Assembly: GCA_964651335.1 (NCBI GenBank)
Contig: CAZYVT010000006.1
Span: forward strand, 1,659-65,658
DNA from: an uncultured Enterobacteriaceae bacterium
GTDB taxonomy: Bacteria > Pseudomonadota > Gammaproteobacteria > Burkholderiales > SG8-39
DNA: 64,000 nt
Reading direction: 5' to 3'
In this document: in pieces, positions 1 to 9,822 of the stretch
Position numbering within the stretch: position 1 is the first letter of the stretch
Layout of the letters: every line of letters begins with the position of its first letter
Program-made: the position numbers and the translations under genes
The notes under the pieces: generated by a model
Database searches by the model: none
The model's input: only the letters and a program-made list of their open reading frames with translations
What the model was told of the DNA's origin: nothing

Positions 1-36
1 GCCGCAGTCCGAACAGCGATACTCGTAGATCGGCAT
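1..36 (-). CDS. FmdB-family zinc-ribbon protein, first 12 codons only (gene runs off the left edge)
   Basis: Reverse complement of 1-36 reads MPIYEYRCSDCG. This matches the typical N-terminus (MPxYEYxCxxCG, first CxxC knuckle) of FmdB-type zinc-ribbon proteins. The fragment is too short for more. Confidence 0.5.
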   Translation of the reverse strand, partial: MPIYEYRCSDCG

Positions 37-136
37 GACTTGAGTTCCTTGATTACGTCAGCGCGCAATGATACCGCAATGCAACAACTACGTCACTGAT
101 TTATGGGCGAAATCCAGCCGTTCAAGAGGCAGCGAA

Positions 137-616
137 TCAGAATGGAATGTCATCCTCCATGTCGTCGAACTTCCCGGCCGGCTTATTCGCCACGGCCTTG
201 GCTGCGGCTTCAGCCGGGGCCTCGCCCTTTGGCTCGGGCTGAGCTTCGCCGCGCGCCTCGCCGCGCGCCTCTCCCGCCCCGGCGCGCGAACCGAGCATCT
301 GCATCGTGTCGCCAACGATTTCAGTCGTGTAGCGATCGTGGCCCTCCTTGTCCTGCCACTTGCGCGTGCGGAGGCGGCCCTCGACGTATACCTGCGACCC
401 CTTCTTCAGGTACTCGCCGACGATTTCGGCCAGTCGCCCCCGGAACACGATCCGGTGCCATTCGGTTTCCTCCTTCTTTTCCCCCGATTTCTTGTCGTTC
501 CAGGCGAACGTTGTCGCGAGCGATACGTTGGTGATCGCCGCCCCGTCGGGCATGTACCGCGTTTCCGGATCGCGTCCGAGATTGCCGACCAGAATCACCT
601 TGTTCACCGAAGCCAT
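137..616 (-). CDS. ssb: single-stranded DNA-binding protein
   Basis: 159-aa ORF starting [21 protein letters not shown] (OB-fold). It has a Gly/Ala/Glu-rich linker and the canonical acidic tail DDMEDDIPF. Confidence 0.95.
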   Translation of the reverse strand: MASVNKVILVGNLGRDPETRYMPDGAAITNVSLATTFAWNDKKSGEKKEETEWHRIVFRGRLAEIVGEYLKKGSQVYVEGRLRTRKWQDKEGHDRYTTEIVGDTMQMLGSRAGAGEARGEARGEAQPEPKGEAPAEAAAKAVANKPAGKFDDMEDDIPF

Positions 617-634
617 GGTTGGTCCCCCCCTCTT

Positions 635-1861
635 TCAAGTCCGTTGCTTTCCGTCCAACGCAAGTCCGGCTCCGCCGTTGACCGCGCCGGCGCGCACCGG
701 TGAACGCATGGTCGTGGCAAGTGCGAGCCAAACGAGCGAAGAAACCGCGCAGCAGCCGAAAACCGCTGCCGCGCCGTAGTGCTGCGCAAGCCAGCCGCCG
801 GCCAGGCCGCCGAAGAACAGCCCCAGCGTCTGCGTCGTGTTGTACACGCCGATCGCCGCGCCGCGCGCATGCGCTGGCGCGAGGCGCGTCACCAGCGATG
901 GCAGGAGCGCCTCAAGCACGTTGAACGCGACGAAGAAAGCGAGCAGCAGCGCGCTGAGCTGCGCCAAGCCATGTCCGAATGCCGCGAGAGCGGCCTGCGC
1001 CGCAACGAGAAGCGCCACCGAGGCGAGCAGCACGGGCTTGGCCCGGTTCCTGCGGTCGGCAAGGAACACGGGCGGCGCCATGAGCGCGAACGAGAGGAGC
1101 ACAACGGGCAGATAGAACTTCCAGTGCTCCGCAACCGCGAGCCCCGCCTCGACCAGCAACGGCGGCACGACCACAAACATCGCCATCTGGACCAAGTGCA
1201 GGACGAAGATACCGACGTTCAGGCGCATCAGCTCGGGATGAAAGGCTGCGGACAGACCCCCGGATTCGGGCGCCGCATGCACGTGCGGCGGTGCGTCGGG
1301 CACGAGCCCGAGCACTACGCCGATTCCGCAAAGCGAGAGCAAGCCGGTCAGTGCGAACAGGCCTCCCATGCCGATCCAGCGGTACAGCGCCGGCGCCGCG
1401 ACCAGCGAAAGCGCGAAGCTCAGCCCGATCGAAGCTCCGATCATCGCCATCACCTTGGTGCGGTGCCCTTCGCGCGTCAGGTCGGCCGCGAGCGCAACGA
1501 CCACCGATGCGATCGCGCCAGCGCCTTGCAGCGCGCGGCCGGCGATCACGGTCCAGATGTCATCGGCATACGCCGCGAGGAAGCTCCCTGCGGCAAAGAG
1601 TACGAGGCCGGCCACGATCAGCGGCTTGCGTCCCCAGCGGTCGGAGGCCATGCCGAAAGGGATCTGCAGCACCGCCTGCACCAGGCCGTAGGCGCCGAGC
1701 GCGATGCCCACCAGGGTCAGGTTCTCGCCGCCAGCGAGTTTCGGAGCGTGGACTGCGAACACCGGCAGGATCAGGAAAAGCCCGAGCATGCGCAGCCCGA
1801 AGATTCCGGCGAGGCTCGCGCCCGCGCGAAGCTCGCTCGAGGTCATCGGTTCAGAATGCAT
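635..1861 (-). CDS. MFS transporter
   Basis: 408-aa polytopic ORF with the MFS loop motif ([12 protein letters not shown]) and about 12 hydrophobic segments. It lies just upstream of ssb and divergent from uvrA. The start may be the internal Met at 1846, because the ATG at 1861 overlaps the longest uvrA ATG. Confidence 0.85.
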   Translation of the reverse strand: MHSEPMTSSELRAGASLAGIFGLRMLGLFLILPVFAVHAPKLAGGENLTLVGIALGAYGLVQAVLQIPFGMASDRWGRKPLIVAGLVLFAAGSFLAAYADDIWTVIAGRALQGAGAIASVVVALAADLTREGHRTKVMAMIGASIGLSFALSLVAAPALYRWIGMGGLFALTGLLSLCGIGVVLGLVPDAPPHVHAAPESGGLSAAFHPELMRLNVGIFVLHLVQMAMFVVVPPLLVEAGLAVAEHWKFYLPVVLLSFALMAPPVFLADRRNRAKPVLLASVALLVAAQAALAAFGHGLAQLSALLLAFFVAFNVLEALLPSLVTRLAPAHARGAAIGVYNTTQTLGLFFGGLAGGWLAQHYGAAAVFGCCAVSSLVWLALATTMRSPVRAGAVNGGAGLALDGKQRT

Positions 1862-1919
1862 GCAGGACTGGAGTGCGGCGGCGGAAAAAGGCTATATTAA
1901 CAAGTTTACTTTCTCGCTC

Positions 1920-4766
1920 GTGCCATTGGACTCCATTCGCATCCGCGGCGCACGCACGCACAATCTCAAGAACCTCAACCTCGAGTTGCCGCGCGAAAAG
2001 CTCGTCGTGATCACGGGGATCTCCGGCTCCGGCAAGAGTTCGCTCGCGTTCGACACGCTGTACGCGGAGGGGCAGCGGCGTTACGTCGAGTCGCTCTCGG
2101 CGTATGCGCGCCAGTTCCTCGAAAAGATGGACAAGCCCGACGTCGACCTGATCGAAGGCCTTTCGCCGGCGATCGCGATCGAGCAGAAGGCCTCGAGCCA
2201 CAATCCGCGCTCCACCGTCGGCACCGTCACCGAGATCCACGATTATCTGCGGCTGCTTTTTGCGCGCGTCGGAACGCCGTACTGTCCCGATCACGATCAT
2301 GCGCTCGAAGCGCAGTCGGTCTCGCAGATGGTCGACCACGTGCTCGGACTTCCCGACGACACCAGGCTGATGGTGCTCGCGCCGGTGGTCGCAGGGCGCA
2401 GGGGCGGGCAGATGGAACTCCTGGACGAGCTGCGCTCGCAAGGATTCACGCGGGTGCGCGTGGACGGCCGGGTGCACGAGCTGGACGCCGCGCCGCGGCT
2501 GCGGAAAAACGTCAAGCATACGGTGGAGGTGGTCATCGACCGCCTCAAGGTGCGCGCCGACGCGAAGCAGCGGCTCGCCGAATCGTTCGAGACAGCGCTG
2601 CGGCATGCGGACGGCCGCGCCATCGCGATCGAGATCGAATCCGGGAACGAGCACCTGTTTTCGGCGCGTTTCGCCTGCCCGCAGTGCAGCTACGCCCTTG
2701 CCGAACTCGAGCCGCGGCTCTTTTCCTTCAACAATCCGATGGGCGCCTGCCCGAAGTGCGACGGCCTGGGAACGATCGATTTCTTCGACCCTCGGCGCGT
2801 GGTGGTGCATCCGAACCTCTCGCTCGCTTCCGGCGCGATCAGGGGCTGGGACCGGCGCAACCATTTTTACCACTCCATCCTGCAGTCGCTCTCGGCGCAC
2901 TACGGGTTCGACATCGAACAGCCGTGGGAGCTGCTCGATGACGCGGTGCGAAGCCTGATCCTTTACGGCTCCGGAGCAGAGCGGATCGCATTTCACTATC
3001 TCACCGAGCGCGGCCGCACCACGGTGAAGGAGCACGCGTTTGAAGGCGTCATTCCGAACCTCGATCGGCGCTACCGCGAGACCGATTCGCAGGTGGTGCG
3101 CGAGGAGCTGGCCAAGTACCGCAACACGCGCCCCTGCCCGGAATGCGGCGGCACGCGCCTGCGACAGGAAGCACGGCACGTGCGCATCGCGGGGCGTACG
3201 CTGCACGAGATCGCCCGCCTGCCGCTCAGGGATGCGCTCGCGCTGTTCCGGGAATTCAGGCTCGACGGCGCGCGCGCCCAGATCGCGGAGCGGATCGTCC
3301 GGGAGATCGCCAACCGCCTGGAGTTTCTGGTCAATGTCGGGCTGGACTATCTGTCGCTCGACCGTTCTGCGGAGACGCTTTCGAGCGGCGAGGCGCAGCG
3401 CATTCGCCTCGCAAGCCAGATCGGTTCCGGACTGACCGGCGTCATGTACGTGCTCGATGAACCCTCGATCGGACTGCACCAGCGCGACAACGCCCGCCTG
3501 ATCGATACGCTCAGGCGCCTGCGCGACCTCGGCAATTCGGTCATCGTGGTCGAGCACGACGAGGAGGCGATCCGCGCCGCCGATCACGTGATCGACATGG
3601 GGCCCGGCGCCGGCGAAGCGGGCGGGCGCGTGGTCGCCGAGGGGCCGCCCGAGGCGATCCTCGGCAACGAAAACTCCCTGACCGGCCAATACCTCGGGCG
3701 GTTGCTCCGCATCGACGTCCCGCAGCGGCGTAATCGTCCGGGCGCGCAGCGCCTCGTCATCCGCGGGGCGAGCGGCAACAACCTGAAAAATGCCAGCCTG
3801 TCCGTTCCGGTCGGTCTGTTCGTCTGTGTCACCGGTGTCTCGGGCTCGGGCAAATCGACGCTGGTGAACGACACGATGTTCGCGGCGGTTGCGCGCCACC
3901 TTTACGGATCCGCGATCGAGGCCGCCGCGCACGAATCGGTTTCCGGGCTGGAGCATCTCGACAAGGTGGTCAGCGTCGACCAGAGCCCGATCGGCCGCAC
4001 GCCGCGCTCGAACCCGGCGACTTATACCGGGCTCTTCACCCCCATCCGGGAGCTGTTTGCGGGCGTTCCGGAAGCGCGGCAGCGCGGCTACGACGCGGGG
4101 CGCTTCTCGTTCAACGTCAAAGGCGGGCGCTGCGAAGTCTGCCAGGGCGACGGGGTGATCAAGGTCGTGATGCATTTCCTTCCCGACATGTACGTCGCCT
4201 GCGACGTGTGCCGGGGCAAGCGCTACAACCGCGAGACGCTGGAGGTGAAATACAAAGCGCGGAGCATCCACGACGTGCTGCAGATGCGGGTGAGCGAAGC
4301 CGGGGAGTTCTTCTCCGCGGTGCCGGCGATCGCGAGAAAGCTGCAGACGCTTTCGGAAGTCGGCCTGGGCTATCTGCAGCTCGGACAGTCGGCGCTCACG
4401 CTTTCGGGCGGCGAGGCGCAGCGCGTGAAACTGTCGCTCGAGCTCTCCAAGCGCGCGACCGGCAGGACGCTGTACATCCTGGACGAGCCCACCACGGGCC
4501 TGCATTTCCATGACATCAAGCTTCTGCTCGATGTGTTGCACCGCCTGCGCGACGCCGGAAATACGGTGGTGGTGATCGAGCACCACCTCGACGTGATCAA
4601 GACGGCGGACTGGGTCATCGACCTCGGCCCCGAAGGCGGCGAGGGCGGCGGGCGCGTCGTGGCCGAGGGCACGCCTGAGGAAATTGCGGCCAATCCGAAT
4701 AGCCATACCGGGCGCTATCTGCGGCGCGCGCTCGGCGTCGGGCTGCGCGAACATGCCGCAGCATGA
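1920..4766 (+). CDS. uvrA: excinuclease ABC subunit A
   Basis: [65 protein letters not shown] aligns with the very N-terminus of canonical UvrA. Two ABC modules and zinc-finger cysteines are present. The real start is therefore GTG 1920 or TTG 1926, not the upstream ATG at 1860 or the ORF-track start at 1704. Confidence 0.93.
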   Translation: MPLDSIRIRGARTHNLKNLNLELPREKLVVITGISGSGKSSLAFDTLYAEGQRRYVESLSAYARQFLEKMDKPDVDLIEGLSPAIAIEQKASSHNPRSTVGTVTEIHDYLRLLFARVGTPYCPDHDHALEAQSVSQMVDHVLGLPDDTRLMVLAPVVAGRRGGQMELLDELRSQGFTRVRVDGRVHELDAAPRLRKNVKHTVEVVIDRLKVRADAKQRLAESFETALRHADGRAIAIEIESGNEHLFSARFACPQCSYALAELEPRLFSFNNPMGACPKCDGLGTIDFFDPRRVVVHPNLSLASGAIRGWDRRNHFYHSILQSLSAHYGFDIEQPWELLDDAVRSLILYGSGAERIAFHYLTERGRTTVKEHAFEGVIPNLDRRYRETDSQVVREELAKYRNTRPCPECGGTRLRQEARHVRIAGRTLHEIARLPLRDALALFREFRLDGARAQIAERIVREIANRLEFLVNVGLDYLSLDRSAETLSSGEAQRIRLASQIGSGLTGVMYVLDEPSIGLHQRDNARLIDTLRRLRDLGNSVIVVEHDEEAIRAADHVIDMGPGAGEAGGRVVAEGPPEAILGNENSLTGQYLGRLLRIDVPQRRNRPGAQRLVIRGASGNNLKNASLSVPVGLFVCVTGVSGSGKSTLVNDTMFAAVARHLYGSAIEAAAHESVSGLEHLDKVVSVDQSPIGRTPRSNPATYTGLFTPIRELFAGVPEARQRGYDAGRFSFNVKGGRCEVCQGDGVIKVVMHFLPDMYVACDVCRGKRYNRETLEVKYKARSIHDVLQMRVSEAGEFFSAVPAIARKLQTLSEVGLGYLQLGQSALTLSGGEAQRVKLSLELSKRATGRTLYILDEPTTGLHFHDIKLLLDVLHRLRDAGNTVVVIEHHLDVIKTADWVIDLGPEGGEGGGRVVAEGTPEEIAANPNSHTGRYLRRALGVGLREHAAA

Positions 4767-4785
4767 CCTACGGCAGGAGACTCCT

Positions 4786-5271
4786 ATGAACCGAACGCTC
4801 ACGGTCACCTGGCAGGACCCGATGCCGCTTACACAAGCCGCGCGCACGATGTCCGGCATCGAGTTCCTGCGCGCGATCCGCGATGGGCGGCTGCCGCCGG
4901 CACCGATCCAGGAATTGATCGGCATGAAGCTTGCGGAGGTCGAGGAAGGCCGTGCGGTTTGGGAACTGGTACCCGCCGAGCAGCACTACAACCCGATCGG
5001 CTCGGTGCATGCCGGTGTCGCCGCGACCCTGCTCGACTCGGCGATGGCCTGCGCCGTGCACTCGCTGCAGCCCGTCGGCAGCGGCTACACCACCCTCGAA
5101 TTCAAGGTGAATCTGGTACGCGCGGTAACGCCGCAGGCGGGAACCCTGCGGGCGATCGGTCGCGTGGTCCATGGCGGCAGTCGCACCGCGACCGCTGAAG
5201 GCCGTCTCGAGGACGCTTCGGGCAAGCTCTACGCGCATGCCTCCACGACCTGCCTGATCCTGCGCGCTTAG
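4786..5271 (+). CDS. PaaI-family (hotdog fold) thioesterase
   Basis: 161 aa. It contains NPIGSVHAGVAATLLDSAM and a TLEFKVNLVRAV...GGSRTATAEGRL hotdog core. A GGAGA Shine-Dalgarno sits 6 nt before ATG 4786. Confidence 0.8.
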   Translation: MNRTLTVTWQDPMPLTQAARTMSGIEFLRAIRDGRLPPAPIQELIGMKLAEVEEGRAVWELVPAEQHYNPIGSVHAGVAATLLDSAMACAVHSLQPVGSGYTTLEFKVNLVRAVTPQAGTLRAIGRVVHGGSRTATAEGRLEDASGKLYAHASTTCLILRA

Positions 5272-7004
5272 GCGGGAACGAGCGCCGGCGCCGCTTCGCC
5301 CGTACCGTGCCACGTCAAGCGTCGCTGGTGGAACTCCGCGAGGCTTGCGCGGTGGCCGATCGATACCAGCGTGGTCTGCGGCAGGCGCTCCTCAAGCAAC
5401 CGATAGAGCGCTGCATGATCCTCGTCCGGCAGCGCCGCGGTCGCTTCGTCGAGGAACAGCCAGTCGGGCCGGTTGAGCAGCGCGCGTGCGAACGCAAGCC
5501 GCTGCTGCTCCCCGCCGGAGAGCACCTGCGCCCAGTTTTCTTCGCGCGCAAGTTCGCCCGTCAATGATGACAGTCCGACCGACCGCAGCGCTTCATGCGC
5601 TGCTGCGTCCGCAATCGTCGCCGAGTCGGACGGATAGCACACGGCATGCTTCAACGTGCCGATCGGAAGGTACGGCTTCTGCGGCAGAAAGAGCAGCCTT
5701 GCCCCTCGCGGCAGAACGATCCTGCCCTTCCAGTACGGCCAGATCCCGGCGAGCGCGCGAAACAGCGTGCTCTTTCCTGCTCCCGACGGCCCGGTGACGA
5801 GAACCGATTCGCTTTTCTTCAGCTCCAGCGTTGTCGGCGCGAGAAGGGTCCTCCCCTGCGGCAGCGCCAGCGCGAGGCTCTCGAGCGTCAGCGTCCCGGG
5901 GGCATCGCCTTCGAAGCGGTCGCCGTCGAGCCGTTCCGCCTCGTCTCGCGCGCGCTCGAGCGCTTGCGTGAACCCGGTGAGCCGGTCCACCGTCGCTTTC
6001 CACTCAGCAAGATGTACGTACGCCTCGATGAACCATGACAATGCACTCCGGACCTGGCCAAATGCAGTTACGGTCTGCACCATCGTGCCAAGCGGTATCG
6101 CCCCCGAAAAGAAGCGCGGCGCGACTACGATGTAGGGAAACACGACCGCCAATTGATCGATCGAAAACGTAAACCAAGCGAGTTCCTTGCGCTTTTTCAT
6201 GATCGCCCACCAGTTCTGGATCACGTTCTTGAAACGCGCGCGGAAATTGACGAGCTCCTCGTTCTCGCCCCGATATAACGCCACGCCTTCACTGTTCTCG
6301 CGCAGACGCACAAGCGCGAAGCGAAATTCGGCTTCGTATCGTTGCTGGTTGAAATCGAGCCCGATCAGCGGTCTGCCGATGACGTGCGTAAGCACCGTCG
6401 CGATCGCAGCGTAGAGCAACGCGCACCACACCAGGTAACCCGGAATGGTGATTCCGCCGGCGATACTGATCGTCTCCGGTCCGGAAAGTGTCCACAGGAT
6501 GACCGCGAACGAGCCGAGCGTGACCAATGCGGATAGCAGTCCCAGTGAAAGCGAGAGCGTCAGATCAACGAAAATGCGCAGATCCTCGGCGACGCGCTGG
6601 TCCGGGTTGTCGGTACCGCGGTCGAGGAGTTGAAGACGGTAGTAAGTACGGTCTTGAAGCCAATCACCCAAAAACCTTTCGGTTAGCCAGGTACGCCACT
6701 CGATCTGCAGCATCTGTTGCAAATAGAGCCGATAGACGCCAACGATGATGTATGCGAGACCCAGCACCGTGAAGGTGCCGAGTGAGGCGTAGAACCGGTC
6801 TTGGTCCTTGTTCTCAAGACTGTCGTAGAAGTCTTTGTACCAGGCGTTAAATCGCACATCCAACCACACTAATCCGAGAGTGAGCCCAACCACTGCGCCG
6901 AGCAGGAGCAGCCCCTTTATGCGTTCTTTCGACACCCAATACGGTTTTGCGAGCGCCCAAAGGGCGCGAAAGAACACCCGGGTAAATTGCTGCGGCTGCC
7001 GCAT
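5268..7004 (-). CDS. fused permease/ATPase ABC transporter (YddA / SbmA-BacA-like TMD class)
   Basis: 578 aa with an N-terminal 6-TM domain. It has Walker A GPSGAGKSTLFRAL, signature LSGGEQQRLAFARALL and Walker B WLFLDEATAALD. Confidence 0.85.
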   Translation of the reverse strand: MRQPQQFTRVFFRALWALAKPYWVSKERIKGLLLLGAVVGLTLGLVWLDVRFNAWYKDFYDSLENKDQDRFYASLGTFTVLGLAYIIVGVYRLYLQQMLQIEWRTWLTERFLGDWLQDRTYYRLQLLDRGTDNPDQRVAEDLRIFVDLTLSLSLGLLSALVTLGSFAVILWTLSGPETISIAGGITIPGYLVWCALLYAAIATVLTHVIGRPLIGLDFNQQRYEAEFRFALVRLRENSEGVALYRGENEELVNFRARFKNVIQNWWAIMKKRKELAWFTFSIDQLAVVFPYIVVAPRFFSGAIPLGTMVQTVTAFGQVRSALSWFIEAYVHLAEWKATVDRLTGFTQALERARDEAERLDGDRFEGDAPGTLTLESLALALPQGRTLLAPTTLELKKSESVLVTGPSGAGKSTLFRALAGIWPYWKGRIVLPRGARLLFLPQKPYLPIGTLKHAVCYPSDSATIADAAAHEALRSVGLSSLTGELAREENWAQVLSGGEQQRLAFARALLNRPDWLFLDEATAALPDEDHAALYRLLEERLPQTTLVSIGHRASLAEFHQRRLTWHGTGEAAPALVPA

Positions 7005-7063
7005 AGTGCACTCCTGTCGGAATTGCGCGAGGGAGTTTACAGAACGCCTGCCGCAGCGCGAGA

Positions 7064-7747
7064 ATGCCCGCCATGCAGCAGGTCTATCGCTTCGGGCCCA
7101 CTCCGGAGCATTCAGCGAACCACCTCTTCGTTTTCCTGCACGGTAGCGGGGCCACAGCCCGTTCGATGATTCCGGCGGCGTTCAGGTTCCAGGCGCGCTT
7201 TCCGAGCGCTGTGCTCATCGTGCCGAGCGGGTTCGCACGCTACCAGAGTCACGCCCGCAGTGAACCCGACGGCCAGCAGTGGTTTTCGAGCAGGGGCCTC
7301 AACGACGACAACCGTCTTGCGCGGGTGTCCGCCATCGTTCCCCGGATCGAGCAGCTGGTGCGCCGCGAGCAGACCAATTACGGAGTGTCGCTGGAGCGGA
7401 CGGTGCTGATCGGCTACGCGCAGGGTGGCACCGTCGCCCTGGAGACGGTCAAGACCTTTCCCGGGCTCGCCGGCGCGGTGGTCGCCTACTGTGCGCGGTT
7501 TGCACGCCTGCCACAGCAGGGCACGCGAATGAATTCGCGCATCCACCTCGTCCATGGGGGCTACGACTCGGTGGTCTCGCGGGTGCACGCGGAGCGCGCC
7601 GCGCGCGTGCTCGCCGGGCTGCACGTTCCCGTGACCCTCGACATCATCGAGGATCTCGGGCACGCGCTCACCCACGAGGCGATCTGCCGGGGGTCGCTGC
7701 GGCTGCTGCAGGGGATCTACGAGCGGCGGCGCGCGACGCTGCATTGA
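7064..7747 (+). CDS. phospholipase/carboxylesterase-family alpha/beta hydrolase
   Basis: 227 aa with FVFLHGSGAT, a nucleophile-elbow-like GYAQGG, and a late HLVHGGYDSVV ... GH region typical of the LPL/carboxylesterase family. Confidence 0.75.
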   Translation: MPAMQQVYRFGPTPEHSANHLFVFLHGSGATARSMIPAAFRFQARFPSAVLIVPSGFARYQSHARSEPDGQQWFSSRGLNDDNRLARVSAIVPRIEQLVRREQTNYGVSLERTVLIGYAQGGTVALETVKTFPGLAGAVVAYCARFARLPQQGTRMNSRIHLVHGGYDSVVSRVHAERAARVLAGLHVPVTLDIIEDLGHALTHEAICRGSLRLLQGIYERRRATLH

Positions 7748-7776
7748 GGTCGAGGCGGTGTTCCGGCTAGAAGCCG

Positions 7777-7824
7777 AACCACCCCGTCGGCCTGCGGCCG
7801 ACACCCCTCCTCGGGGAGGAGGGG
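7777..7824 (+). repeat. REP-like double-hairpin element, copy 1
   Basis: Hairpin 1 is GTCGGCC-TGC-GGCCGAC (7786-7802). Hairpin 2 is CCCCTCCTC-GGG-GAGGAGGGG (7804-7824). It lies between convergent genes and is about 78% identical over 54 nt to 60601-60654. Confidence 0.55.
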
Positions 7825-7835
7825 AATGAATTGAG

Positions 7836-9797
7836 CTACGTCGCCAGTTCCGGCAGGTCCTTGAATAGATCCAGCGCCTCGGGGTTGGCGAGCGCGTCGG
7901 TATTGGTGACCGGCATGCCGTGCACCACGGCTTTCACCGCGAGCTCGACCACCTTGTTGTTCTTGGTGCGCGGAATGTCGGCGACCTGCACGATCTTCGC
8001 CGGGACGTGGCGCGGCGTGGTGTTGTCGCGGATGCGCTTGCGGATCCGCTCGGCGAGCGCTTCGTCGAGCGTGTACCCCGGCCGCAGCTTCACGAACAGC
8101 ACAACGCGCGTGTCGGTGGGCTTGTCCGGGGGCCACAGCTGCCCGATCGCGACCGATTCCTCGACCTCGTGGATTTTCTCGACCGGGCCGTAGATCTCGG
8201 CGGTGCCGATGCGGACCCCGCCCGGGTTGAGCGTCGCGTCCGACCGCCCGTAGACGATCATGGTCCCGCGCTCGGTCAGCTCGCACCAGTCTCCGTGGCA
8301 CCAGACGTTGGGGTACCTGGCGAAGTACGCGGCGTGGTACTTCTCGCCGCCGCGGTCGTTCCAGAATCCGAGCGGCATCGAGGGAAAGGGCTTGGTGCAC
8401 ACCAGTTCGCCTTTCTGGCCCACGACCGGTTCGCCGTTTTCGTCGAACACCGCCACGGCCATGCCGAGCGAGCGGCATTGCAGCTCGCCGCGATACACCG
8501 GCAGCACGGGATTGGCGTCGGCGAACCCCGCGATGATGTCGGTGCCTCCGGAGATCGACGACAAGCACACGTCTCGCTTGAAGTTGGCGTACGCGTAGTC
8601 GTAGCTCTCGGCCGCGAGCGGCGAGCCGGTAGAAATGATCATGCGCAGGTGTGAAAGGTCGTGCGTTTCGGCGGGCGCGAGCCCTCGTTTTTCGATCGCG
8701 TCGAGGTACTTCGCAGAGGTGCCGAAATGGGTGAAGCGCTCCGTCGCCGCGTAGTCGAACAGGATTTTCCCGCCGCGCTCGAAGGGAGAACCGTCGTAGA
8801 GCATGACGCTCGCCTCGGCGCCCAGACCCGCGAACAGCAGATTCCACATGACCCAATTGCAGGTCGTGTAGTAGAAGAAGCGGTCGCCGGGGCGCACGTC
8901 GAACTGCAGCTTGTACATCTTCAGGCCGGAGAGCAGCGAACCGCCGGCGCCGTGCACGATGCATTTGGGCTTGCCGGTGGTCCCGGAAGTGAACAGGATG
9001 TACAGCGGGTGATCGAACGGCAGCTGCACATACCGGATCGTTCCGGGCGCGTGCCGCCGGAGCCATTCCTCGAGCAGCACCGCCTTCGGAATGCCCGTGA
9101 CGTCGGGTTTTGCTCGCAGGTGCGGCACCACCACCACTTTCCGCAACGTCGGCAGACGCCCCGCGATTTCCGCAACGCGCGCAAGCGAGTCGTGTTCGCG
9201 ACCCGCGTAGCGGTAGCCGTCGGCGCAAAACAGGACCTTCGGCTCGATCTGGCCGAAGCGGTCGAGCACCCCCTCGACACCGAAATCGGGCGAGCAGGAC
9301 GACCACACCATGCCCTGCGACAGCGCCGCGAGCGCGAACATCGGCGTCTCGGGCATGTTCGGAATGAACGCAGCGGCGCGGTCGCCGGGGCGCAAGCCGA
9401 GTTGCTGCAGCGCCTGCGCAGCGCGCGAAACCTCGCTCGTCAGCTCCGAGTAGCTGACGCGCCTGCGGAACCCGCTTTCGTCCCAGAACACGAATGCATC
9501 GCCGCGGTCGCCGCGCCGCAGCAGGTTCTCGGCGAAGTTGAGCCGCGCCTCGGGGAACCATTTCGCCCCGGGCATCCGGTCGCCGTCCACCAGCACGGTG
9601 GAGCCCTTCTTCGAGGCTATGACACCGCACCACTCCCAGACCTCGCTCCAGAAAAGCTCGGGATTCTCGACCGTCCAGCGGTAGAACTCCGGATAGGCGT
9701 TGAGCTCGAGCTTGTGCTTGCGCACTGCGTGGCGCGCAAACTGGGTGACCTGCGCGTTTTCGACCGCCGCCTCGGACGGTTCCCAGATCGGATTCAT
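7836..9797 (-). CDS. acetoacetyl-CoA synthetase (acetoacetate-CoA ligase)
   Basis: 653 aa starting MNPIWEPSEAAVENAQVTQFARH...ENPELFWSEVWEW. It has the AMP-binding motif FTSGTTGKPKCIVH. Length and N-terminus match the acetoacetyl-CoA synthetase subfamily rather than Acs. Confidence 0.85.
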   Translation of the reverse strand: MNPIWEPSEAAVENAQVTQFARHAVRKHKLELNAYPEFYRWTVENPELFWSEVWEWCGVIASKKGSTVLVDGDRMPGAKWFPEARLNFAENLLRRGDRGDAFVFWDESGFRRRVSYSELTSEVSRAAQALQQLGLRPGDRAAAFIPNMPETPMFALAALSQGMVWSSCSPDFGVEGVLDRFGQIEPKVLFCADGYRYAGREHDSLARVAEIAGRLPTLRKVVVVPHLRAKPDVTGIPKAVLLEEWLRRHAPGTIRYVQLPFDHPLYILFTSGTTGKPKCIVHGAGGSLLSGLKMYKLQFDVRPGDRFFYYTTCNWVMWNLLFAGLGAEASVMLYDGSPFERGGKILFDYAATERFTHFGTSAKYLDAIEKRGLAPAETHDLSHLRMIISTGSPLAAESYDYAYANFKRDVCLSSISGGTDIIAGFADANPVLPVYRGELQCRSLGMAVAVFDENGEPVVGQKGELVCTKPFPSMPLGFWNDRGGEKYHAAYFARYPNVWCHGDWCELTERGTMIVYGRSDATLNPGGVRIGTAEIYGPVEKIHEVEESVAIGQLWPPDKPTDTRVVLFVKLRPGYTLDEALAERIRKRIRDNTTPRHVPAKIVQVADIPRTKNNKVVELAVKAVVHGMPVTNTDALANPEALDLFKDLPELAT

Positions 9798-9822
9798 TGA
9801 GCGATTATATTGCGGCACATCG

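Noticed and set aside
243-285. Tandem [11 protein letters not shown]-encoding repeat inside ssb.
   Set aside because: This is a low-complexity Gly/Ala/Glu linker between the OB fold and the acidic tail. That is normal for SSB proteins and not a separate feature.
1856-1862. The longest-ORF ATGs of the MFS gene (1861, minus) and uvrA (1860, plus) overlap within CATG.
   Set aside because: Alignment to canonical UvrA N-termini places the uvrA start at GTG 1920 or TTG 1926, and the MFS gene probably starts at 1846. That leaves a normal divergent spacer of about 70-80 nt. I also looked there for a CTGT-N8-ACAG SOS box and found none.
1851-4925. 1024-aa ORF antisense to uvrA. Similar giant antisense ORFs lie at 14354-18796 (1480 aa, opposite gdhB), 27180-29210, 39943-42771, 43575-45884 and 56261-59122.
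   Set aside because: Long stop-free antisense frames are expected in roughly 67% GC DNA. Their translations are Arg/Ala/Gly/Pro-rich low-complexity strings without motifs, and the opposite strand carries unmistakable conserved genes.
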